Below are positions 9,111 through 17,725 of a stretch of 64,000 bases of DNA, piece after piece. The DNA lies in the sequence record NC_041975.1, one strand, 5' to 3'. The number at the start of each line of letters is the position of its first letter. The first letter of the stretch is position 1. The position numbers and the translations under genes were made by a program. Under the pieces are notes generated by a model. That model ran no database searches. It was not told where the DNA came from and saw only the letters and a program-made list of their open reading frames with translations.

Positions 9111-10244
9111 ATGCAGTACAGTACCTTTAATACCAATAAGAACGATCAGATGGCTGAACCGATGTTCCTGGGTCAGTCGGTTAACGTCTCACGTTATGAT
9201 CAGCAGAAGTACCCCGCGTTTGAAAAGCTGATTGAGAAACAACTTTCATTCTTCTGGCGCCCTGAAGAGGTGGATGTTTCGCAAGACCGTATCGACTTCC
9301 AGGGGTTACCGGATCATGAGAAACACATCTTCGTTTCTAACCTGAAATACCAAACCCTGCTGGACTCGATTCAGGGTCGTAGCCCGAACGTGGCCTTGCT
9401 GCCGATCTGTTCTATCCCGGAACTCGAAACCTGGATTGAAACCTGGGCATTCTCTGAAACGATCCACTCGCGCTCATACACCCACATCATCCGTAATATC
9501 TTTACTGACCCCTCCATCGTGTTTGATGACATCGTGACCAACGAACACATCAAAGCGCGTGCTGAGTCCGTCACGGAGTATTACGACCAGCTGATCGAAA
9601 TGACCATGTACCTCAACTTACTGGGTGAAGGCAGCCATGTAATCAATGGTAAGAAAGTCGTGGTGTCGATGCGGGCGATCAAACGTCTGGTCTACCTGTG
9701 CATCGTGTCAGTCAACGTACTGGAAGCCATCCGCTTCTATGTCTCCTTTGCCTGCTCGTTTGCCTTTGCTGAACGTGAGCTGATGGAAGGTAATGCCAAG
9801 ATCATTAAACTGATCGCCCGTGATGAAGCCCTGCATCTGACCGGCACCCAGCACATGATCATGTTAATGAAGTCCGGTGCTGACGATGCTGAGATGGCGG
9901 AAATCGTTAAAGAGTGTGAAGCAGAAACATACGCACTCTTTAAGGACGCTGCAGAGCAGGAGAAAGACTGGGCGAACTATCTGTTCCAGGATGGGTCGAT
10001 GATCGGTCTGAACAAAGAGATCGTGTGTCAGTACATCGAATACATCACCAACATCCGTATTCGCGCCATCGGTTACGATGACATCTACGCCGGTGTCAAA
10101 GCTAACCCAATCCCGTGGATCAACTCCTGGTTGGTTTCTGACAACGTGCAAGTCGCGCCGCAAGAGTCAGAGATTACCTCGTATTTAGTAGGTCAGATCG
10201 ACTCAACTGTCGATGCAGATGCGTTTGATAACTTCGAACTTTAA
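9111..10244 (+). CDS. nrdB: Ribonucleotide reductase class Ia beta subunit
   Basis: [53 protein letters not shown]; close to enterobacterial NrdB. Confidence 0.97.
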   Translation: MQYSTFNTNKNDQMAEPMFLGQSVNVSRYDQQKYPAFEKLIEKQLSFFWRPEEVDVSQDRIDFQGLPDHEKHIFVSNLKYQTLLDSIQGRSPNVALLPICSIPELETWIETWAFSETIHSRSYTHIIRNIFTDPSIVFDDIVTNEHIKARAESVTEYYDQLIEMTMYLNLLGEGSHVINGKKVVVSMRAIKRLVYLCIVSVNVLEAIRFYVSFACSFAFAERELMEGNAKIIKLIARDEALHLTGTQHMIMLMKSGADDAEMAEIVKECEAETYALFKDAAEQEKDWANYLFQDGSMIGLNKEIVCQYIEYITNIRIRAIGYDDIYAGVKANPIPWINSWLVSDNVQVAPQESEITSYLVGQIDSTVDADAFDNFEL

Positions 10245-11125
10245 TACGTGATCAGCTTCACTCACGTAGAGGGCTGATCGCTAGCCCTTTATGGAGAGTG
10301 TATGTCTGAGATAAAAGATAACCCGGATAACTGGAAAGTGATTCCGGGTTACTCACGTTATGAGATCAACGAAGTCGGCGTTGTAAGAAAGATACATAAC
10401 AAGAAGGTGATGAAACAATGGCTGCGTGGTAATTATACCGCCACTGCTATCACTTCTGATAATAAGTCAACTAGTAGAATAGAATCTATTCATATTTTAC
10501 TGTGCCTTACATTTATTGGTCCAAAGCCCTTACCTGAACCTGGGCACAAACTTGTTACCGCTAACCACAAGGACGGTAACAAACTTAACAATGTGAGGTC
10601 TAATGTAGAATGGTTATCCAATTCTGGTAATATTCTGCATGCTTACAAGAACCGGCTAAATAAATCATCACAGCACCTGCGTCTAACCAATGTGGTCTCT
10701 GGTGAAGTTGTCGACCTGCATTCTTACCGCGAATTATCCAAATGGATGGGTAATCCTAACCTGCGCGGAAGAATGGAGTATCTGAAGTATCGTAACAGGC
10801 TTTATCAAGGCCAGTGGCGAATAGAACTTCTTGGCGAATCAGAGAAGTCTTCAGGGTCTCGTACCAGTAAGCAAGTATGCGTAATGGATGTGGCTAAACG
10901 AATTGGATTGAGGGAGGGTGAGTTTGATACTTTCATCTTTAATTCCATGCATGACGCCGCAGCGGCATTAGGCGTAAGTCGCAAAGGTATTGGTCGATCG
11001 ATTAGTACCAAAGGACGCCATGTTGTAAATGGGTACGCTATATCGCTATCATTTGACGATATGGTTAATGTCACTTATGACAAAGCGTATGTGGAGATTA
11101 GTCTTAAATGGGCGAAACTCAGGGG
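10167..11125 (+). mobile_element. Homing-endonuclease cassette inserted in the nrdB 3' end, carrying a replacement C-terminus
   Basis: Flanked by two versions of the last 25 NrdB codons (10167-10244 and 11126-11203); AT-richer codon usage. Confidence 0.8.
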
Positions 11126-11135
11126 TCAGAAGTAA
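10302..11135 (+). CDS. HNH homing endonuclease (NUMOD4-type N-terminus, HNH core, NUMOD1-like C-terminus)
   Basis: WKVIPGYSRYEIN..G, IHILLCLTFIG, NHKDGNKLNNVRSNVEWLSNSGN, FNSMHDAAAALGVSRKGI. Confidence 0.9.
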   Translation: MSEIKDNPDNWKVIPGYSRYEINEVGVVRKIHNKKVMKQWLRGNYTATAITSDNKSTSRIESIHILLCLTFIGPKPLPEPGHKLVTANHKDGNKLNNVRSNVEWLSNSGNILHAYKNRLNKSSQHLRLTNVVSGEVVDLHSYRELSKWMGNPNLRGRMEYLKYRNRLYQGQWRIELLGESEKSSGSRTSKQVCVMDVAKRIGLREGEFDTFIFNSMHDAAAALGVSRKGIGRSISTKGRHVVNGYAISLSFDDMVNVTYDKAYVEISLKWAKLRGQK

Positions 11136-11203
11136 GTTCTTATCTGGTCGGTCAGATCGACTCGAAAGTGGACGCCAACGATTTCGACGATTTCCAACTG
11201 TAA
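11126..11203 (+). pseudogene. nrdB: Stranded original 3' end of nrdB ([25 protein letters not shown])
   Basis: Direct translation; 25 codons plus TAA paralleling the functional NrdB tail. Confidence 0.9.
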
Positions 11204-11210
11204 CTGCTAG

Positions 11211-11234
11211 GCACCCATGCTTCGGTGTGGGTGC
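11211..11234 (+). terminator. UUCG hairpin, probably the original nrdB terminator
   Basis: GCACCCATGC-ttcg-GTGTGGGTGC, 7 nt after the remnant stop codon. Confidence 0.65.
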
Positions 11235-11251
11235 TGTATAAAGGAGGATGT

Positions 11252-11848
11252 ATGGATGTAGGGCAACGCAATGTCCAGATCTCAGATCAGTATGAGATTA
11301 TCGGCATGGCGGGTGTAAACTACCTGCCTTTAAAGAAGTCTTCCTCCGATACATACCGCGTGGTGTTGTGTCGGTTGGATGGGTTAGGGCGTGACAACAC
11401 TAACTTGCATTATGACATCGATGATGCCTTCACTGACCACTACCGCTTTATCACCCAGCAACTCCCCTTTGCCGAATTTGATGGCAGGGATCGTGTCACC
11501 ACACTCATGCAGAACTGGCAAGGCAAAGCCACCACCGAGATCATTGACAATATCTTTAGTTCAATTGATCCCGATGCAGGCGCCTTTACGCTAGAAAGCA
11601 TCAGTGTGGAAAACGGTTACCTTTATGGTGAGGTCAGATTAGCCAATAGCATTGTGGGAACGAATCTCTCCATGATGCTGAACCATCCACGCCCCGATCA
11701 GGCTGCCTTGATCTTTGGGGTCCGCTATCTGTCCGTCAATACCAGGCTTGACGGGCTGCAGTATGCTGACGTCAAGAAGATCTGTGCGTATGACGTGAAT
11801 ATCGTCAGCGAAACCGAATTAACCCAACGTCGTAACGGGGTAAAATAA
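11252..11848 (+). CDS. Prohead-protease-like protein (phiKZ gp175 / T4 gp21 fold), probably inactive
   Basis: AGGAGG RBS; YRVVLCRL..., LYGEV, FGVRY...VKKICAYDV resemble the protease-family pattern; expected catalytic His and Ser absent. Confidence 0.45.
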   Translation: MDVGQRNVQISDQYEIIGMAGVNYLPLKKSSSDTYRVVLCRLDGLGRDNTNLHYDIDDAFTDHYRFITQQLPFAEFDGRDRVTTLMQNWQGKATTEIIDNIFSSIDPDAGAFTLESISVENGYLYGEVRLANSIVGTNLSMMLNHPRPDQAALIFGVRYLSVNTRLDGLQYADVKKICAYDVNIVSETELTQRRNGVK

Positions 11849-11882
11849 TGAACCGTTTAAAAGGTGCTGTGAGAGCCTATAA

Positions 11883-12500
11883 ATGAAAAGAACAAAAAAT
11901 ATAAAGCTTGATCGTTTTCGTAAGGCATGGAAATTTAAGAAGGTTTCGCTGGCATTGATGGTGGTAACCGGATCGTTTTACCTGGTGGCGTGCGATGAGC
12001 CGCGTGATCAGCAAGTGCAGATGTATCAGAATGCGGATGACTGTAGTCGAGCTCGCCCGCAAGACAAGCAGCGCTGTTCTGATGCGTACAATAATGCCCT
12101 GCGTGAATCTGAGCGTACTGCCCCGCGTTACGGATCGAAAGGAGATTGTGATGCCGAGTTTGGCTCTGACAATTGTTACCAATCCACGGCCCATAGCTCG
12201 ACCTGGATGCCGTATATGGGCGGATACATGTACGGGCGCAACGGGAGTTACGCACAGCCGTTGTATTCCTCACGGGTAATGTCAAGTCCTGCCTATCACC
12301 GCTACGTCGATGCTGGCGGGCATAGCTACGGCAGTGCCATCTCTGGCCGCTCGATTAATACCACACGCAGCGCGCTAGCACCCAAGCCTGCAGTCACTTC
12401 AACCATTACCCGTGGCGGATTCGGTGCAAGTGTGGCACATATGAGTAGTTCCCATTCTTCGTCCGGTCACAGCAGTGGCGGACATTCATCTGGCGGTTAA
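11883..12500 (+). CDS. ygiB: YgiB/DUF1190-family lipoprotein
   Basis: MKRTKNIK...LVAC lipobox; MYQNADDC, AYNNALRESERTAPRY, WMPYMGGYM, SPAYHRYVDA, APKPAVTSTITRGGFG as in E. coli YgiB. Confidence 0.9.
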   Translation: MKRTKNIKLDRFRKAWKFKKVSLALMVVTGSFYLVACDEPRDQQVQMYQNADDCSRARPQDKQRCSDAYNNALRESERTAPRYGSKGDCDAEFGSDNCYQSTAHSSTWMPYMGGYMYGRNGSYAQPLYSSRVMSSPAYHRYVDAGGHSYGSAISGRSINTTRSALAPKPAVTSTITRGGFGASVAHMSSSHSSSGHSSGGHSSGG

Positions 12501-12509
12501 GGAACAGTA

Positions 12510-13031
12510 ATGCAAATCCCCGGTATGCCAACTTCATTTGAAGAGCTGTGCAGTATCATTGTTAAACTCGGGTTAGTTGACGCCTCGGTTGAAAAGACCA
12601 CTGAGCTTTTGTGGCAGTCTGTCGAAGACCACGGCTACACCCATCGGTGGGATGATCCGGATCAAGAGATGACGTCAACAGAACGTTGGTTCAGCCGAGC
12701 AGAAGAGTTGAAAATGACGTTCCATGGTGATGTTGTCGCCATGCTGGTTGATTGGTCTATTATGACGGGTCGTATGGATCAGTACCATAATGACATTGAT
12801 TATAAGCAACATTGTCGCAACTGGTTGGCTTCGCAGATCAGTGTTAAGCTACAGCTCGATGATGAAGGCGTCACTGAAACAACCCTGCATCCACCAACCT
12901 ATCGCTACCTTCAAGGCGGCAAGATCTTTGTCATCAATGCAGCCACTTCTGGTAACGGCGGCGGCATCAACTATTACACCATGTCATTAGAGGAGTACGT
13001 GAAGTACATTAAAACGCAACCGGTTATTTAA
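12510..13031 (+). CDS. Hypothetical protein
   Basis: AAGGA RBS; 173 aa. Confidence 0.7.
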   Translation: MQIPGMPTSFEELCSIIVKLGLVDASVEKTTELLWQSVEDHGYTHRWDDPDQEMTSTERWFSRAEELKMTFHGDVVAMLVDWSIMTGRMDQYHNDIDYKQHCRNWLASQISVKLQLDDEGVTETTLHPPTYRYLQGGKIFVINAATSGNGGGINYYTMSLEEYVKYIKTQPVI

Positions 13032-13064
13032 TGTAAGAGCCCGCTATCAGTAGGAGAGTTACGT

Positions 13065-13367
13065 ATGGCGAACAAAAGTGTTATCGGTGTGATCAAATAC
13101 AGCCGGGTGGATAACAAAGACACCTGGACCGTCTACCAGCACGGTAAACACGTTGAGCTTTTCCAGAAAGCTTTCCAGCATCCCATCGAGGCGTTTAAGC
13201 TTCGGGATATTTCCAAAGTAGGTCGATCTGAAGTCAGTCATGATTCGGGTCATTATCCGATCGTTGATAACCCCAGTATCCGCGTCTTCTACGAAGATGG
13301 CAGTATCGGTGTGGGTGCTGGCGCGTTAATCAACATCATGTTGCAGCAGTATCAATTAACGGAGTGA
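13065..13367 (+). CDS. Hypothetical protein (possible degenerate HigB/RelE-like)
   Basis: AGGAG RBS; 100 aa directly upstream of the HigA-like gene. Confidence 0.6.
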   Translation: MANKSVIGVIKYSRVDNKDTWTVYQHGKHVELFQKAFQHPIEAFKLRDISKVGRSEVSHDSGHYPIVDNPSIRVFYEDGSIGVGAGALINIMLQQYQLTE

Positions 13368-13371
13368 TATC

Positions 13372-13662
13372 ATGGGTAAAGTCAAAGAGATTTTGTATGG
13401 TCGTCGCGGTAGCACGGCCGGTGAGATTCTTAAGTTAGAATACATGGAGCCGTTAAACCTCACCGTCGATGAAACAGCAAAGAAACTGAAAGTTGCAAAG
13501 TCTACCATCAGCCGGATTATTAATGGCCGTTGCCGCTTGAGCAAGCCCCTTGCCACCAAACTTGCCAAAGCGTTCGCCACCACGCCGGAATACTGGATGA
13601 ACTTTGCTGACAACTGCACCAACCCCTATCCAAACTTGCGGGCCAAGGGCTGGTACAGATGA
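13372..13662 (+). CDS. HigA-family antitoxin-like XRE HTH protein
   Basis: GEILKLEYMEPLNLT...AKKLKVAKSTISRIING...LATKLAKAFATTPEYWMN. Confidence 0.85.
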   Translation: MGKVKEILYGRRGSTAGEILKLEYMEPLNLTVDETAKKLKVAKSTISRIINGRCRLSKPLATKLAKAFATTPEYWMNFADNCTNPYPNLRAKGWYR

Positions 13663-13880
13663 ACATCGCCGAACCCATCTATGAGGTGGAAGTCGGCAAA
13701 ACGTATCTGTCACCTTCGGGCTTGCCGTTCGAAGTGTTGTTCTTAGCCGCCCATGGTCAGGACTGCACGGTACCGATGGTAGTGTACCGCAACCTCACCC
13801 CGACGTACGACAAACCTGCAGGGCAGATCTGGACCACATCGGAGTCACTCTTTCTAACACAATTCCGCGTGCCTGCGTGA
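13659..13880 (+). CDS. DUF1653-like small beta-barrel protein
   Basis: GKTY..SG..FEVL.LA.H......VVYR....G.IW...F pattern. Confidence 0.6.
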   Translation: MNIAEPIYEVEVGKTYLSPSGLPFEVLFLAAHGQDCTVPMVVYRNLTPTYDKPAGQIWTTSESLFLTQFRVPA

Positions 13881-13924
13881 TGCTATGGCGGTAACTGACC
13901 GTCTATCACTGCAGAGGCAAGCGC

Positions 13925-14230
13925 ATGTCTACGAACGAGAACTTTCATGTATCCGATCAGGCGATTATCGATGCCATCCTGGAATACACCCGTAACGGGA
14001 AAGAACCAGCTGTAGTCAAGTACGACCCCGATGGCCCTGAAGCAGAGCGCATGAGTCAGGAGCATCGGATTGTCACCTGGTTTCAAGACATCCGTACCAT
14101 TGTTGACGCGGTATGTCAACGTCCAGGTTTCTCCGGGCTTAACGTGCTGAAGATCGCAACCCGTGCTATGGAACAGGATATCATAGCACAGTCAGCGGGA
14201 CCGGCATCGCCTATTAACCCTGAACTGTAG
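13925..14230 (+). CDS. Hypothetical protein
   Basis: GAGG RBS; ORF in operon context. Confidence 0.65.
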   Translation: MSTNENFHVSDQAIIDAILEYTRNGKEPAVVKYDPDGPEAERMSQEHRIVTWFQDIRTIVDAVCQRPGFSGLNVLKIATRAMEQDIIAQSAGPASPINPEL

Positions 14231-14251
14231 AAAATAAGAAGACTTTCACAC

Positions 14252-14509
14252 ATGCAATTAAAAGACCTGCTTACCTGCATTCGCCCGGGTGATGTTATCA
14301 CCAATACCGCCTGGCCACAGGGACGGACCTTTACCGTCTCAACGGAGTTCATGAAGTTTCATACCGGTCGTGGTACGGATGTTCATGAACGCAATTCATG
14401 CCCAGATGGTGCGTGGCACGGTTGGTCGGTAGCAAACAAATATGCCACCGTACTTAACCGTCGTGCAGTAGCGCAATCCCACAACCCGATCAAAGAGGAT
14501 GTTTCATGA
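14252..14509 (+). CDS. Hypothetical protein
   Basis: ORF with ATGA overlap to the next gene. Confidence 0.6.
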   Translation: MQLKDLLTCIRPGDVITNTAWPQGRTFTVSTEFMKFHTGRGTDVHERNSCPDGAWHGWSVANKYATVLNRRAVAQSHNPIKEDVS

Positions 14510-14907
14510 TCACCATTACGGACATGCACGATGAAGAAGGGTTCACTGACGAAAAGAAAGATGCGTTAGTGAAACTTCTGCCAGAAGACAACAACGGTCT
14601 TGCACACACCTATCGCTTTACTGATGGTGCTGAAGAGAACCCGTTTGAAGGCTTCCTGATCATCGGCGCCCCAACGCTGGTTTATCACTTTATCCGCACC
14701 GGTAAGAATGATGCAGGTGAAGAAGAAGAGACCTACCTGGGTCAGTACGTCCCAACGGTCGATGGCGGTGTAATGCCAGAGAACGGTCTGGGCCAGAACC
14801 TGAGCGACAACGTGGGTACTCGTGTGGCAGAGTTCGAATCTGTTATCCGTAGCTTCCACCGTAAAGTGCTCGAGCGTCTGGGTCAGCCAGTCCCTGGCGC
14901 ACGGTAA
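14506..14907 (+). CDS. Hypothetical protein (paralogue of 15924)
   Basis: GAGGA RBS; shared motifs with 15924. Confidence 0.7.
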   Translation: MITITDMHDEEGFTDEKKDALVKLLPEDNNGLAHTYRFTDGAEENPFEGFLIIGAPTLVYHFIRTGKNDAGEEEETYLGQYVPTVDGGVMPENGLGQNLSDNVGTRVAEFESVIRSFHRKVLERLGQPVPGAR

Positions 14908-14913
14908 GATGAC

Positions 14914-14945
14914 ACCCGGGGGTTCTCCCCGGGTTTTATGCTGTC
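14914..14945 (+). terminator. Hairpin terminator with TTTATGCTGTC tail
   Basis: ACCCGGGG stem paired with CCCCGGGT, then TTTATGCTGTC and a T run. Confidence 0.8.
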
Positions 14946-15013
14946 TTTTTATTTTTTGTTACAGATTACATAGATGGTACTTATTATACACCACTACTGA
15001 AAAGGAATACATC

Positions 15014-15919
15014 ATGTCTGAGCAAGTCGCTGTAAAACCGAAGAATTATACCAACCTGACTGTCACCATCGCTGGTAATGATCCGGTTGCTGCCACTGCT
15101 GTTGCCAGTGTGTTATCCACGTACCTGAACGAAAAGGGTCTGGCCGGTCGTCGTCTGGGTGAGAATGCTATCGCCCCTGACTTCGCGGTGCAATCTGTTG
15201 AAGGTCTGGCTGCTGACCAGAACAACAGTGTAAACGTTTCTGTTGACACCCTGACCATGGAATCCCTGCAGGGCAGAACGCAGGTCTGGGATTGGCCAAC
15301 CTGGGGTGACAGCGAACAACCCTGGACCGCACTGGTCGGTGACGAACTGCGTAACCTCTGGTCAACGTTCTCCGGTGTGCAGAAACGCGCTATCTATAAA
15401 AGCCTGGCGGCACTGAACATCGTGGTGGAAGACGATGAGATGACCGAAGAGAAAGCACAGGAGATCATCAACAACTCTGAAATTTATGTTGATCTGCGCG
15501 ATGTGCGTAACGACGGCAGTTATAGACGCGTGCTGATTGACGGCGCTGCGACCATTGAAGAACTCGACGCCATTAAGTTCATCTTCCAGACCGCACGTGA
15601 AGGCAAACCGGTCACCCACGAAGACATCACACTGCAACAGCAGCAGGATGCCAGCAACGGCGCGCATGCAGCACCTGAATTGCCGGATGGTCGTGAGACA
15701 CCAGAGCTGCCGGATACCCTTGAGCCGCTGGCCAGTCCGGAATACAACCCGGAAGATTTAGAGCCGGGTACAGGCATTCCCGCGGTAAACCCAACCGACC
15801 CTTCGCTGGCGCCACAAACCAAACAGCAGGCTGTGTCGTTTGACAACAGCGATAAAGCTACCCTCGCCGCTGCACCTACTTCAGGAACCGTCCGTCCATC
15901 CGACGACATGGGAGACTAA
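15014..15919 (+). CDS. Modular hypothetical protein with Pro/Glu-rich C-terminus
   Basis: AAGGA RBS before ATG 15014; strong codon bias. Confidence 0.75.
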   Translation: MSEQVAVKPKNYTNLTVTIAGNDPVAATAVASVLSTYLNEKGLAGRRLGENAIAPDFAVQSVEGLAADQNNSVNVSVDTLTMESLQGRTQVWDWPTWGDSEQPWTALVGDELRNLWSTFSGVQKRAIYKSLAALNIVVEDDEMTEEKAQEIINNSEIYVDLRDVRNDGSYRRVLIDGAATIEELDAIKFIFQTAREGKPVTHEDITLQQQQDASNGAHAAPELPDGRETPELPDTLEPLASPEYNPEDLEPGTGIPAVNPTDPSLAPQTKQQAVSFDNSDKATLAAAPTSGTVRPSDDMGD

Positions 15920-15923
15920 GTCA

Positions 15924-16322
15924 ATGCTACCGAAGTCTGAACCAATCTCCATCTTCAGCGTCTCGAGTGTTCAACTGACCGAAGCGTCAGAAGCGCACTT
16001 TCGTAAAGAGCTGAACGAGGCAGATGCCATTCACTCTGTCTACGCCTTTAAAGATGGCTCGCAATTTGGTGCCCGCTTTAATGGCTTTCTGGTGATCACC
16101 GGTCCTATCCTGGCGTACCAGTTATTCCGGGGTAGTGAACTGGAGTCGTCTGAGTTCGTCGGCACCTTTATGTACGGTGAAGGCGGGGAAGCGATTATCC
16201 CAGAGAACGTTAAAACGGTGTTCAGTCAATATGACCGTAACCGAGTGACCCAGTTTAAGGCACTAGCCCAAGCACTGCACTCAGCGGTCACTGACCACAT
16301 CAAAGGGGTACGGCGTGACTGA
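15924..16322 (+). CDS. Hypothetical protein (paralogue of 14506)
   Basis: GGAG RBS before ATG 15924. Confidence 0.7.
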   Translation: MLPKSEPISIFSVSSVQLTEASEAHFRKELNEADAIHSVYAFKDGSQFGARFNGFLVITGPILAYQLFRGSELESSEFVGTFMYGEGGEAIIPENVKTVFSQYDRNRVTQFKALAQALHSAVTDHIKGVRRD

Positions 16323-17019
16323 CATCACTTCAACACCAGAAGCAGCGGCGGCCCTGCCGGCGTTTAAAGGGGTGTTGGGTGAACAGCTAAAAGGCTTCGG
16401 AGCAAGCCAGCTCACCGGCTGGCACATTGTGGTCGCTGATCCGACTGACCTGCCAAAGGGGGTGCAAGAAGGCCTCAGTGCTTTGGTGGGTCGCTCCAGC
16501 ATCTTTACCTATCTCGGTGCCCGCTGGGTATTTGACAGCATCGGCACCGGTTACCTGCAACGCACCCGTATGGTCATTGACCCTGATACGGTTAATATCG
16601 AACAGATTGAAGACCGGTCTGCTCAACACGGTATCGTCCGGGGAAGTGAAGATCGTCGAGAGTGGAACCTGGGTAACTGGGTCGCACACCTCGGGGGTCG
16701 CATCAACCGGGATAGCTACCTGGAGTTCGGTAGTCTGTATGCATTAGATCAGATGATCAATCAGATGCATAAATTGATGTTTCGCACCAAAGATGATGAG
16801 CTGAAGATTCACATCGTGGGTGGGTCACCTGATGATCAAAAAGTTATTGCCCTGCTGATTGGTGGTGTCTTGGACGACTACGACGTCACCCCGAGCACCA
16901 GTCTTGGTAAACTCATTGAAGAGGCATCAGTTAATCCCCCTTCAATGGATAGCCTGAATGACACAGCGGATCATTCGTTGCGTCTTAAAATTGAAATTAA
17001 TATTGTGCCTCGTAACTGA
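16315..17019 (+). CDS. Hypothetical protein
   Basis: GTG start overlapping the previous stop; 234 aa. Confidence 0.7.
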   Translation: MTDITSTPEAAAALPAFKGVLGEQLKGFGASQLTGWHIVVADPTDLPKGVQEGLSALVGRSSIFTYLGARWVFDSIGTGYLQRTRMVIDPDTVNIEQIEDRSAQHGIVRGSEDRREWNLGNWVAHLGGRINRDSYLEFGSLYALDQMINQMHKLMFRTKDDELKIHIVGGSPDDQKVIALLIGGVLDDYDVTPSTSLGKLIEEASVNPPSMDSLNDTADHSLRLKIEINIVPRN

Positions 17020-17048
17020 GGCCTTATTTCTCGTCGAAGGAAAAAGAG

Positions 17049-17696
17049 ATGGCTGACATTAACTATTACGAACTGATTCGCAACTGGGGTAAAGCCCGTA
17101 ACATCATCGGTGGTGGTTCTACCCCGATCGATCAGTTCATCAAAGGCACCACGGAAGCGGCAGAGCTCTGGGCTAATGTGCTGGGTAAAGAACCCGCTAA
17201 GCTGAAAGATGACATCGGTGATACGCTGGTCTGTCTGACACAGTCTTACGGCATTGCTGGCAGTGTGGTGATTGAAGACGCGGCATCTCATGCTGACCAG
17301 TACCTGGCATCACTGCGTAAAGATTACGAAGCCTACGGCAAATGGGCGCTGAAACGCTTTGCCCTGAAAGTGCTGCGTAGCATGTCTGATATCTCAACGC
17401 AGATTGAACACGCTCAGTTCGACCCTGACCGCCATTGTCCGGATCGTCTGTCTGATGAAACTGCAGAGCTGGTAGCCGTTCTGACGGTGATTGCAGAGAA
17501 CCAGGGCTGGACGCTGGAAGAGTGTCTGGAAGAAGCGTACAACGACATCAAAGACCGTAAAGGTGTGATGTTCAACGGTGGCTTCGTAAAAGAAGCGAGC
17601 CTGTCAGTTGAGCGCGCACAAGAGATGCTGGCTTCTGGTACCGTCGGTGGTGTGGGCGCGGAATACCTGAACGGTTACATCAGCGCAAACAGCTAA
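17049..17696 (+). CDS. MazG-like NTP pyrophosphohydrolase
   Basis: W...RN, EAAEL...LKDDIGD, TLEECLEEAYNDIKDRKG...FVKE. Confidence 0.85.
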   Translation: MADINYYELIRNWGKARNIIGGGSTPIDQFIKGTTEAAELWANVLGKEPAKLKDDIGDTLVCLTQSYGIAGSVVIEDAASHADQYLASLRKDYEAYGKWALKRFALKVLRSMSDISTQIEHAQFDPDRHCPDRLSDETAELVAVLTVIAENQGWTLEECLEEAYNDIKDRKGVMFNGGFVKEASLSVERAQEMLASGTVGGVGAEYLNGYISANS

Positions 17697-17713
17697 CTGC
17701 AAATAAAGCTAAA

Positions 17714-17723
17714 CCTACATTAC
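17714..17723 (+). promoter_or_regulatory. Putative early promoter
   Basis: CCTACATTAC-N4-GGGAT, overlapping a terminator hairpin. Confidence 0.7.
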
Positions 17724-17725
17724 CT

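Noticed and set aside
9111-11203. Group I intron in nrdB (T4-like)
   Set aside because: nrdB is complete with its own stop before the HNH, and no P/Q/R/S core or terminal G was evident. A duplicated-tail insertion explains the data without splicing.
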